NCBI GenBank assembly: GCA_942492805.1
Contig: OW818643.1
Coordinates: 1,072,715-1,136,714, forward strand
Direction of reading: 5' to 3'
Length of the DNA stretch: 64,000 bases
Origin: an uncultured Pseudomonadota bacterium
Lineage (GTDB): Bacteria; Pseudomonadota; Alphaproteobacteria; Micropepsales; Micropepsaceae
Shown: positions 39,934 to 54,511 of the stretch, one piece after another
How positions within the stretch are numbered: the stretch's first letter is position 1
Layout of the letters: the number at the start of each line of letters is the position of its first letter
Made by a program: the position numbers and the translations under genes
The notes under the pieces: model-generated
The model's database searches: none
The model's input: only the letters and a program-made list of their open reading frames with translations
Told to the model about the DNA's origin: nothing

Positions 39934-41006
39934 TTTCCCGCAGACGCTTTCTGGCCTCCGGCGCCGCGACGCTGGCATTCCCGGCCCTGATCTCTTCAAG
40001 TGGGGCGCAGGAGATGCGCTCGCTGAAAACCATCGCAGCTTCGAAAGGCATTGTCTTCGGTGCCGCCGCGGCGACCTATGAACTCAAGCATCGCGATTTC
40101 GTGCTGGCGGCTTTGCGCGACTGCGCCCAGTTCGTCCCCGAATATGAAATGAAGCGCGACGCGCTGGAGCCGCAGCGCGGCAAGTACAATTTCACCGACC
40201 TGGACGCCCTGTTTGCCTTCGCCGCCCTGAACGGGATTTCCATGCGCGGCCATCCGCTGGTCTGGTACTACGCCAATTCGCCCTGGCTGGAACCTGCGCT
40301 GAAATCGCGCCGCGACGAACGCCTCATGACCGGTTTCATCCAGACCGTGATGCAGCGCTACCGCATGACGTCGGTCGATGTGGTCAATGAAGCGATCAAT
40401 ACCGACGGCAATGGCCTGCGCCCCTCGCTGTGGCTGGATGCGTTCGGGCCGCGCTATATCGACATGGCATTCCACGCCGCCCGCGCCGCCAACCCCGCGA
40501 CCAAGCTGATCTACAATGACTGGGGCTGCGAACAGGGCCCGAACGACCGTTTCCGCGCCACCCAGCTGAAGCTGTTGGACGGGCTTTTGGCCCGCAACGT
40601 ACCGATCGACGGCCTGGGCCTGCAGGGCCATCTGGAAGCCTTCGGGCCGCGCGTTGACCAGCGCAAGCTGCGAGACTTCCTGGAGGAAGTCCGCGCCCGC
40701 GGCCTTTCGATCCTGGTCACCGAGCTGGATGTTCTGGATTCGGGCGGGCCGTCCAATATCGCGCAGCGCGACCGCGCCGTGGCCGACGAAGCGCGGCGCT
40801 TCCTGGATGTGGTGCTGGACAATCCCGCTACCAATACCGTGCTGACCTGGAGCCTGTCGGACCGTTATGTCGATCCGCCGGACGAATGGAAACTGAAGCT
40901 GACGGGCTTTCGCTACCGCAAGATGCCCTATGACGCGCAGATGCGCAAAAAGCCGCTATGGAATGCGCTGGCACTTAGCTTCGCCGGTCGGCGAAGCTTT
41001 AATTAG
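39930..41006 (+). CDS. GH10-family glycoside hydrolase (endo-1,4-beta-xylanase-like) with a Tat signal
   Basis: MISRRRFLASGAATLAFPALISSSGA. GH10-like GHPLVWY, VDVVNEAI (acid/base Glu region), ILVTELDV (nucleophile Glu). GTGA overlap with the preceding GT2 gene. Confidence 0.7.
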   Translation: MISRRRFLASGAATLAFPALISSSGAQEMRSLKTIAASKGIVFGAAAATYELKHRDFVLAALRDCAQFVPEYEMKRDALEPQRGKYNFTDLDALFAFAALNGISMRGHPLVWYYANSPWLEPALKSRRDERLMTGFIQTVMQRYRMTSVDVVNEAINTDGNGLRPSLWLDAFGPRYIDMAFHAARAANPATKLIYNDWGCEQGPNDRFRATQLKLLDGLLARNVPIDGLGLQGHLEAFGPRVDQRKLRDFLEEVRARGLSILVTELDVLDSGGPSNIAQRDRAVADEARRFLDVVLDNPATNTVLTWSLSDRYVDPPDEWKLKLTGFRYRKMPYDAQMRKKPLWNALALSFAGRRSFN

Positions 41007-41055
41007 GGTCGCGCCGCGAGGCCCTCGCTTCGCTCAGGTTCGCGGTCGCTCCCGG

Positions 41056-42264
41056 CTAAGCGGTCTTCCGAAGTTTTTCTTCCGCCTTCACCAGATGCGC
41101 GGCAACGCGCGGGGCGGCATATTCCGCGCCCACCATGAAGCGCATCAGCGGGCCGAAGGTGTTGGCCGCCAGCACGCCCAGCACATAAAGCCCCGGCACG
41201 CTGGTCTCGAACCGGTTGGACAGGCGGGGCGTCTGCTCCAGATGCGCGATCTGTTCACGCAAGGCCCCGTCCATGAACGCCAGGCGGCGCAGGTCGGGAC
41301 GAAAGCCGGTCGCGGCAATGATGTGATCGGCAACGATCTCGGCCCGCTGCCCTTCCTTGCGGGTGATCAGCGCGATACGGCTGCCTTCCGCGCGGGCGCC
41401 TTCAATCTCATGGCCCAGATACTGCTGCGCCCGCAGCTTGCCCTGCATGAACCAGCCGGATTCCGGACCCAGATGGCGCCTGGTGGCGCGCAACCGGAAC
41501 GCGTCGGGCATGCGGCGAAACAGGCGCGGGGCATTCGAACACAGGAATGAACGCCAGCCCGGGCCGATGCCGCTGGGCGGATGGGTAAAGGTCTTCAGCC
41601 AGGAGACGGCATCCGGGTCCGGAGCCGTATGAAACTGGATGGCATTGGCGCGCGCCACCAGGGCTGCGTCCACATTGTCCTCCTGCGCCATCACCGCCGC
41701 GTTCACCGCGGATGCGCCGGCGCCCAGGATCAACACACGCTTGCCCGAGAACTGGGGCAGCTCGCGATGACCAAAGGAATGGGACAGAAATTCGGGGGAG
41801 AGGCCGCGCAAGGGTGCGGGTACATTCTGAAACCAGTTGATGCCGACCGCCAGCACGACATTGGCCGCTTCCAGGCTGTCGCCATTGTCCAGCCGCAGGG
41901 TGAAACCCCGGCTGCTCTTGGCCAGCGAGGTCACCTGGCTCTCTTCCAGTCCGGGGACATAGCGTTTCTGGAACCAGGCGGCATAGTCCACGAAGACCGC
42001 CAGCGGCACCGGGATGAGCTGATCGTGATATTCTACGCCGCGGTCCGCGCACCAGGCCTTGAGGGTGGACGCCGCATCCGGTGACGACAGGTTGGAGGCA
42101 AAGCCGTCCGACTTGAGCATCATGCCCTTGGGCATGTTCTCGCGCCAACTGGTCATGGGCTTGCCGAAAATGCGGAAATCCGCTCCGGCGGCCGCCAGAT
42201 GCGCGGCCAGCGAAAGACCATAGGGACCGGCGCCGATAATTGCTGTCTGGCAGAATCTTGTCAC
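41056..42264 (-). CDS. FAD/NAD(P)-binding flavoprotein, class-B monooxygenase-like (two dinucleotide-binding motifs)
   Basis: AIIGAGPYGLSLAAHL (FAD GxGxxG) and VLILGAGASAVNAA (second Rossmann motif). About 400 aa. Confidence 0.65.
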   Translation of the reverse strand: MTRFCQTAIIGAGPYGLSLAAHLAAAGADFRIFGKPMTSWRENMPKGMMLKSDGFASNLSSPDAASTLKAWCADRGVEYHDQLIPVPLAVFVDYAAWFQKRYVPGLEESQVTSLAKSSRGFTLRLDNGDSLEAANVVLAVGINWFQNVPAPLRGLSPEFLSHSFGHRELPQFSGKRVLILGAGASAVNAAVMAQEDNVDAALVARANAIQFHTAPDPDAVSWLKTFTHPPSGIGPGWRSFLCSNAPRLFRRMPDAFRLRATRRHLGPESGWFMQGKLRAQQYLGHEIEGARAEGSRIALITRKEGQRAEIVADHIIAATGFRPDLRRLAFMDGALREQIAHLEQTPRLSNRFETSVPGLYVLGVLAANTFGPLMRFMVGAEYAAPRVAAHLVKAEEKLRKTA

Positions 42265-42379
42265 GCAATATCCAAATTCAAATCTGTCCCGATTTGGGAC
42301 CGGCCTTCATGCCCGGGCGCCAAATTAGCACCACAAATATTCACCGATGGTTGACGGGGGCGGATTTATCCTCGCCGAC

Positions 42380-43534
42380 ATGCCTGTCGTGCTTCTCGTC
42401 ACCACCATGGACTGGCCGTTCCCGGCCCAGCTTGCCGGCGCCTTTGCGGGCGCGGGCGCGCGCGTGGAGGCGGTGTGTTCGAAGGGCGGCATGCTGTCGC
42501 TGTCGCGCTATCCAAGGCGCTTCCACCGCTATCAGCCGCTGTCGCCGGATGCCTCGCTGATGCGCGCGATTGCCGAGAGCCGGCCAAACCTCGTCATTCC
42601 CTGCGATGACCTGGCGTCCGAGATCGTCCAGCGCGTGACGGGCGGACAGGCTTTCAGCGACCGCCACGAATTTATCACCCGCGCCGCAAGCGTCGGCGCA
42701 CCGGCCCAAAGCCTGGCGCTCGACGGCGAAGACGGCGTGAACGACGCCATCCGCCGCTTTGGCCTGCCGCTGGTGCTGAAATGCGATCATAGCTGGGGCG
42801 GCGCCGGCGTCGTCATCGCGCCCACAAGACAGGAGGCCCTGGCCGCCTTCCGCCGCTTCGGCAAACAATCGCGCCTGCGCGATCTGGCCCGTTTCGTCCG
42901 CCGCCGGGAAAGCCATTTCCTCAGCCGCGCCTTGTCGCCGGTGGCGCCCGCCATCAGCGCCCAGCCCTTTGTCGATGGCCATCCCGCCACCAGCTCCATC
43001 GCCTGCTGGCAGGGCGCGGTGGTGGCTGCGAACCATTTCGACGTGCTGGTGACATCGGCGGCCACCGGTCCGGCCTGTGTGGTGGCGCGCCGCGATTGCC
43101 GCGAGATGGAAAATTCGGCCGCTGTCATCGCGCGCGCGTTCAATCTTTCAGGCCTGTTCGGCCTCGACTATGTCCGCGATCGGGGCGGCAGGGTGCATCT
43201 GCTGGAGATGAATGCCCGCGCCACGCCCACCGCGCACCTGATGCTCAAACAGGACCTGCCGGCGTCCCTGCTGCGCGCCGCAGGCCTTCCTGCCCGTCCC
43301 CGTCCCCCGGTGACGGCCAAGGAGGAGGTGGCGATTTTCCCCCGCGAATGGATGCGCGATCCGGCCAGCCCCTGGCTGAAAAACGCCTTCCATGACGTGC
43401 CCTGGGACGACCCGCAAATCGTGCGGGCCTGTGTCCAGGCGGCCCGGCCGGCGGACCCCGCCGTTGCCCAGGCCCTGCTGGAAGCCGGGAAACCGGCAAT
43501 TTTAACGACCAAAAGCGCGGTTTCCGGGGCCTAA
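42380..43534 (+). CDS. ATP-grasp domain protein (carboxylate-amine ligase-like)
   Basis: PLVLKCDHSWGGAGVVIAPTRQEA.. and GLFGLDYVRDRGGRVHLLEMNARAT are ATP-grasp core motifs. The start is ambiguous (ATG 42347 or 42380). Confidence 0.6.
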   Translation: MPVVLLVTTMDWPFPAQLAGAFAGAGARVEAVCSKGGMLSLSRYPRRFHRYQPLSPDASLMRAIAESRPNLVIPCDDLASEIVQRVTGGQAFSDRHEFITRAASVGAPAQSLALDGEDGVNDAIRRFGLPLVLKCDHSWGGAGVVIAPTRQEALAAFRRFGKQSRLRDLARFVRRRESHFLSRALSPVAPAISAQPFVDGHPATSSIACWQGAVVAANHFDVLVTSAATGPACVVARRDCREMENSAAVIARAFNLSGLFGLDYVRDRGGRVHLLEMNARATPTAHLMLKQDLPASLLRAAGLPARPRPPVTAKEEVAIFPREWMRDPASPWLKNAFHDVPWDDPQIVRACVQAARPADPAVAQALLEAGKPAILTTKSAVSGA

Positions 43535-43645
43535 ACCCGCTGTCACCGCCCCGGCGTTAACCTTTCAGCAGGCAGCGGGGCGGTAGTTGTTAAGGCCTTG
43601 GGGGGCCTCAGATTCGAAGGCCTTTGCAAAAGGCTGCTCGTATTT

Positions 43646-45871
43646 ATGTCTCCATACCGGCCACCCAGTCGCTTACCGGCGTCCTATGCGCCCCCGCCCG
43701 GCTATGGCCCCGCCTATGGTCCGCCGGCATCCACCTTCAACCTCACCGATTTCATCCGCCTGCTGGATGCGCGCCGCGGACTGATCCTGCGCGTCGCATT
43801 GGCCACCATCCTGTGCGCCGTCGCGGTGGCGATGGTGCAGCCCACCACCTACTCAAGTTCGGCGGTGGTGATCCTGGATCCGCGCAAGAACAACGTCACC
43901 GAAACCACCTCGGTACTGTCGCCGCTGGCGCCCGATGCCGCCACCATGCAGAACCAGCTTCAGATTCTCACCTCGCGCGACCTCGCCGCCACGGTGGTCG
44001 AGCGGCTGAAGCTGCAGGACGATCCGGAATTCAATCCCAGCCTTGCCCAGCCCAGCCTGGTGCAGCTTGTGGGCCAGATGTTCGCGTTGCTGCACCCCAG
44101 GAACTGGTTCGCCAGCGACATGCCGGCCGCCGGCACGCTGGGCCGCGACCGCATCATCGACGCCTTCCTCAGCCATGTCAGCGCCGACCCGCAGGGCCTG
44201 TCCACCGCCATCACCGTGTCGGCCCGCTCGCGCGACGCCACCAAGGCCGCGCTGCTGGCCAACACGCTGGCCGATGCCTATGTCAAAGCCCAGCTTGCCA
44301 CCAAGGTGAATGCGACCGCCGCCACCACCGACTGGCTCAACAGCCGGCTGCAGGACCTGTCGCAGCAGCTTCAGGCCCAGCAGGAAGCGGTGCAGCGCTA
44401 CAAGGCGCAGAACAATCTCAACGATTCCGCGCCCGGCAATTCCCTGGTGGACCAGCAGATGGCCGCCATCAATGCCCAGGTGGTCGCGGCACGTTCCGAG
44501 CTTGCCGCCAAGCAGGCGATCAAGGACCGCATCGATCAACTGGTCGCGTCGGGCAATCCCGCCGATATCGGCCAGATCGTCGCTTCGCAACTGATCGTGC
44601 AGCTTCGCACCCAGCAGTCCGAACTGCTGCGCCAGGAAGCCGACCTCAACAGCCGCTATGGCCCGCTGCATCCCAAGATCAATGCGATCCAGCAGCAAAA
44701 GCGCGACATGGATTTCAAGATCACCCAGGAGGTCAACCGTCTGGCCGCCAGCGCCGCCAGCGACGTGATCATGGCCCGCGCCCATCTGGGTTCGCTGCAG
44801 GCGAGCCTGGGCGGCACCGAAGGCACGGCGCGCACCCAGAACATCGCCCGCATCCAGTTGCAGGCGCTGGAGTCCAACGCCAACTCCACCCGCCTCCAGT
44901 ATGAAGCCTTTGTCCAGAAGCTGCGCCAGACCCAGAATATGGACGACGCGCAGACGCCGGAAAGCCGCATCATCAGCCGGGCGCCGGTGCCGCTGTCGCC
45001 TTCCGGACCCAAGCGCAGCCTGATCGTGGGCGCCTCGATTCCGCTGGGCGTGCTGTTGGGCATCCTGGCGGCGCTGATCGCCGAAAAAGTAGGTCCGCTG
45101 CTGCCGGTGCGGGTCAATGGAAGCCCACGCGCCTCGCTGGTGCCGCCGATGATGCGCGCCCGTCCGCGTGCCCGTCCCGCCACCACCGCCCCGGTGGCGG
45201 TGTGGAGCGGCCCGCCGATCCTGTCGGAGATCAACGACCCGGCGCAGCTGCGCGCCGCCGATTTCGTGCTGGATTATCCGGCCAGCAAATATTCCCACGC
45301 CATGGCCGAACTGGTGCGCCAACTGGAATCACGTCCCGCCTCGGGCGTGGCGGGCGCCGCCATCGTGGCCATCACCTCCGCCGACAATGGCGAGAATCGC
45401 AGCGCCATCGCGGTTTCCATCGCGCGCGCCGCCGCCAAGATGGGCAAGAAGACTATCCTGGTGGATTGCGCCGGCACGCGGCTGGCCACCAAGGCCCTCA
45501 AGGCGCCGGTCAAGACCGGAATCTTTGAAGTGCTGACCGGCGCCGTGCCGCTGAACAAGGCGCTGGTGAAGGATCCGCGCGGCGACGTTTATCTGCTGGG
45601 CACGCCCAAGCGTCCGCCCAATGCCGTGACCATGTATTCCTCGCGCCCGATGGCGCGGCTGATCCACATCCTGCGCGGCGGCGCCGACTTCGTGGTGATC
45701 GATTGCGGCCCGGCCGGCGCCGGACCCGAAGCCGCCCTGATCGCTCGCCTGGCCGATGCGACGGTGCTGGTGTCGAACCGCAAGGTGCTGCACAGCCCCT
45801 TGATCGCCAACGCGGCACGCATCCTGGAAGGCGCCCATGCCGCGCCGATCGGGATTGTGGTTACCAAGTAG
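43646..45871 (+). CDS. Polysaccharide co-polymerase, ExoP/GumC/Wzc-like (PCP-2a architecture), with a degenerate C-terminal P-loop domain
   Basis: Pro/Tyr-rich N-terminus, TM, Wzz motif region, long coiled-coil (LQDLSQQLQAQQEAVQRYK..), second TM, then a MinD/Wzc-like domain whose Walker A reads ITSADNGENRS. No C-terminal Tyr cluster. Confidence 0.75.
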   Translation: MSPYRPPSRLPASYAPPPGYGPAYGPPASTFNLTDFIRLLDARRGLILRVALATILCAVAVAMVQPTTYSSSAVVILDPRKNNVTETTSVLSPLAPDAATMQNQLQILTSRDLAATVVERLKLQDDPEFNPSLAQPSLVQLVGQMFALLHPRNWFASDMPAAGTLGRDRIIDAFLSHVSADPQGLSTAITVSARSRDATKAALLANTLADAYVKAQLATKVNATAATTDWLNSRLQDLSQQLQAQQEAVQRYKAQNNLNDSAPGNSLVDQQMAAINAQVVAARSELAAKQAIKDRIDQLVASGNPADIGQIVASQLIVQLRTQQSELLRQEADLNSRYGPLHPKINAIQQQKRDMDFKITQEVNRLAASAASDVIMARAHLGSLQASLGGTEGTARTQNIARIQLQALESNANSTRLQYEAFVQKLRQTQNMDDAQTPESRIISRAPVPLSPSGPKRSLIVGASIPLGVLLGILAALIAEKVGPLLPVRVNGSPRASLVPPMMRARPRARPATTAPVAVWSGPPILSEINDPAQLRAADFVLDYPASKYSHAMAELVRQLESRPASGVAGAAIVAITSADNGENRSAIAVSIARAAAKMGKKTILVDCAGTRLATKALKAPVKTGIFEVLTGAVPLNKALVKDPRGDVYLLGTPKRPPNAVTMYSSRPMARLIHILRGGADFVVIDCGPAGAGPEAALIARLADATVLVSNRKVLHSPLIANAARILEGAHAAPIGIVVTK

Positions 45872-45885
45872 AAGCGAACTCAGGT

Positions 45886-45999
45886 CGTTCGCGTGGCTGG
45901 ACGCCACGCTCACCCCCATCATGCGCGTAAGCGCACAAGAGGGGGAGGTGGTTTCAGCGTGCGCAGCGAAGCTGCGCGGAAGCTGAAACCGGAGGGGGT
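45886..45999. repeat. REP-like multi-hairpin intergenic repeat, copy C (full length)
   Basis: GTTCGCGTGGCTGGACGCCACGCTCACCCCC..GCGCGTAAGCGC..GGGGGAGGTGGTTTCAGCGTGCGCAGCGAAGCTGCGCGGAAGCTGAAACCGGAGGGGG. Confidence 0.8.
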
Positions 46000-46002
46000 C
46001 AA

Positions 46003-47454
<1,452 letters not shown>

Positions 47455-47459
47455 GGTTC

Positions 47460-52091
<4,632 letters not shown>

Positions 52092-52302
52092 CTCAAACCC
52101 CAACCGGCAATCAGGCGCAGTTTTCCGGCCGTTAAAGCCGCGAAATTTGCCCGTTCTTCTTAGAATTACCCGGCATGTCACCACGCCGCCAGTTGCGGCG
52201 CAACATGCCAGACTTGCACTGCGTAAATGAGTGTCCATGCAATTTGCGAATGATTCACAGAAAGCAGGCCGCCTTGACTCCCTTATGGCCCGGCGCATTA
52301 TA

Positions 52303-52317
52303 GAACATAACATGAAC
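52303..52317 (+). promoter_or_regulatory. Alphaproteobacterial LexA (SOS) box, GAAC-N7-GAAC
   Basis: GAACataacatGAAC lies directly at the imuA start; ATG 52312 is inside the box. Confidence 0.75.
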
Positions 52318-53058
52318 AATTCAGCAAAAATCCATGAATTACGCCATTCCTTGACCCGCTATGGCCTGCCCCCGGACCGGCCACCGGTTCCCCTGGGTCA
52401 TCCACAGGCCGATAGCGTGCTGGTCGGGGGGCTGCGACCTGGTGCCCTGCACGAAGTGTTCGCGGGCGGATGGAGCGCCAGCGGCTTTGCCACCCTGCTG
52501 GCGATCCGCATGGCGGGGGCCAAACCTCTCTTCTGGGTGCGGCCGGATTTCGAGGGACAAGAATATGGCGCGGTGTCGCCCGGCGGACTGGCGGAACTGG
52601 GCGGCGATCCCCGCCAGCTCACGCTGGTGCGCACCCGAAAGGCCGACGATGCCCTGTCGGCGGCCAGCGACATCCTTGCCTGTCCGCATGCCGGCGCCCT
52701 GCTGCTGGAGATCCGCGGCCAGCCCAAGGCCCTCGATCTTGTCGCCAGCCGCCGCCTGTCGCTGGCGGCCGCAACCAGCGGCGTCAGCGTGATCCTGCTG
52801 CGCCAGAGCGCGGCCTGCGAACCCAGCGCCGCGCTCACCCGGTGGCAGGTCGCAAGCGCGCCATCACGCGCCGATGACGAAGACTGGGGCAATCCGCTTT
52901 TCGACGCCCGCCTTGTGCGCCATCGCGCCGGCGGGCTGGGCAGCTTTTTGATGCAATGGAATCCCGAACATGCCGTCTTCCAACAGGCGCATCCTGGCGC
53001 TGTGGCTGCCGCGCCTTTCCACCGACCGGCTGGCGCGCAAATCGCCCGCGCCGTTTAA
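52312..53058 (+). CDS. imuA: ImuA, RecA-fold translesion-mutasome accessory protein (SulA/ImuA-like)
   Basis: First gene of the imuA-imuB-dnaE2 cassette. Motif ..[10 protein letters not shown].. and a RecA-like core without an intact P-loop. About 248 aa. Overlaps imuB by 89 nt. Confidence 0.75.
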   Translation: MNNSAKIHELRHSLTRYGLPPDRPPVPLGHPQADSVLVGGLRPGALHEVFAGGWSASGFATLLAIRMAGAKPLFWVRPDFEGQEYGAVSPGGLAELGGDPRQLTLVRTRKADDALSAASDILACPHAGALLLEIRGQPKALDLVASRRLSLAAATSGVSVILLRQSAACEPSAALTRWQVASAPSRADDEDWGNPLFDARLVRHRAGGLGSFLMQWNPEHAVFQQAHPGAVAAAPFHRPAGAQIARAV

Positions 53059-54511
53059 GGCGCCGCTGGTCATCAGCCGCAAGGCGGGGAGCGCGCTTGT
53101 GGTGCATGCGCTGGATGGGCGCAGCGCCAGACTCGGACTCTATGTCGGCCAGCCGCTGGCCAATGCCCGCGCCATGGTGCAGCCACTGACGGTGCTGGCC
53201 GCTGATGAAAAAGCCGATGCGAGCTTGCTGGAAAACATCGCCGACTGGTGCGACCGCTTCACGCCGCTGGTGAGCCTGGATCCGCCCTATGGGCTTTATC
53301 TCGACATCACCGGCGCGGCGCATCTGTTCGGCGGCGAAGCCGCGATGCTGACGCTGGTACGCGAAAAGATCGCCGCCCAGGGCTTCACGGTGCGCGGCGC
53401 CATAGCCGGCACCTCGCTCGCCGCCCGCGCGCTGGCGCGATTTGCAAATGGCACCATCGTGCCGCCGGGCGCGGAAGCCGCCGCCGTCGCACCCTTGCCG
53501 CTTCCCGCGCTGGACTGCGACGACAAGATCCTGCGCGCCCTGCGCCATGCCGGGCTGAAAAGCATCGGCGCGGTGGCAGACCGTTTGCACAGCGAACTGT
53601 CCGAACGGCTGGGCGCGGTTTTTGTCACGCGCCTGCGCATCCTGCTGGGCGCGGAGGAAAAGCCGCTGACGCCGCGCCGCGCCCTGCCCGACCTGATGGC
53701 CGAGCAGCGTTTCGCCGAACCCATTGTCACCGGGGACGCCATTGCCGCGTCCCTGCTCAGCCTGGCGCAGCACTTGAGCGAAATCCTGGAACGCCAGGGA
53801 CGCGGGGCGCGGCTGCTGGAAGCGGTCTTCTTCCGCGCCGATGGCAAGGTGGACCGCATTGCCGTCAAGACCGGCGAGCCCGTGCGCGACGCCGCCGTGA
53901 TGCTGCGGCTGCTCCGCCAGAAGCTGGATGCGCTGGCCGATCCGCTGGACCCCGGTTTCGGCTTCGACCTGGTACGGCTGGAAGCGGTGCTGGCGGAAGA
54001 GACCAACCCCGCCACCATCAGTTTCGACACCAACGAGAATGCCCGCCAGCAGATCGCCTTTCTGGTGGACCGGCTTTCGGTGCGTTTCGGCGAGCATCGG
54101 GTGCAGCGTTTCGTGGCGCAGGACACCCACATTCCCGAAGCCGCCGGCGTGGCGGTTCCGGCCCAGGACAAGGATTTCGTCTCGCAAAACTGGGCGTTGA
54201 AACGCCTGCCCGGCGATCCGCCGCGCCGCCCCTTGCGGCTGCTGGAACGCGCGGAGGAAATCGAAGCCGGTTTCCCCATCGCACCCGACGGGCCGCCCAA
54301 ATTCTTTGTCTGGCGGCAATGCCGCCGCGATGTGGTGCGCGCCGAAGGTCCGGAACGCATCGCCATGGAATGGTGGCGCAATGCTGGCCTGACGCGCGAT
54401 TATTTCCGGGTTGAGACCGGCGACGGCCAGCGCTTCTGGCTCTATCGCGACGGACTTTACCGGCAGGATGGGCTTGCGCCACGCTGGTATCTGCAAGGCT
54501 TGTTCGCATGA
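52970..54511 (+). CDS. imuB: ImuB, Y-family DNA-polymerase-like protein (catalytically inactive adaptor)
   Basis: [19 protein letters not shown]-terminus typical of ImuB. UmuC/DinB-like fold. 4-nt overlap with dnaE2. Confidence 0.8.
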   Translation: MPSSNRRILALWLPRLSTDRLARKSPAPFKAPLVISRKAGSALVVHALDGRSARLGLYVGQPLANARAMVQPLTVLAADEKADASLLENIADWCDRFTPLVSLDPPYGLYLDITGAAHLFGGEAAMLTLVREKIAAQGFTVRGAIAGTSLAARALARFANGTIVPPGAEAAAVAPLPLPALDCDDKILRALRHAGLKSIGAVADRLHSELSERLGAVFVTRLRILLGAEEKPLTPRRALPDLMAEQRFAEPIVTGDAIAASLLSLAQHLSEILERQGRGARLLEAVFFRADGKVDRIAVKTGEPVRDAAVMLRLLRQKLDALADPLDPGFGFDLVRLEAVLAEETNPATISFDTNENARQQIAFLVDRLSVRFGEHRVQRFVAQDTHIPEAAGVAVPAQDKDFVSQNWALKRLPGDPPRRPLRLLERAEEIEAGFPIAPDGPPKFFVWRQCRRDVVRAEGPERIAMEWWRNAGLTRDYFRVETGDGQRFWLYRDGLYRQDGLAPRWYLQGLFA

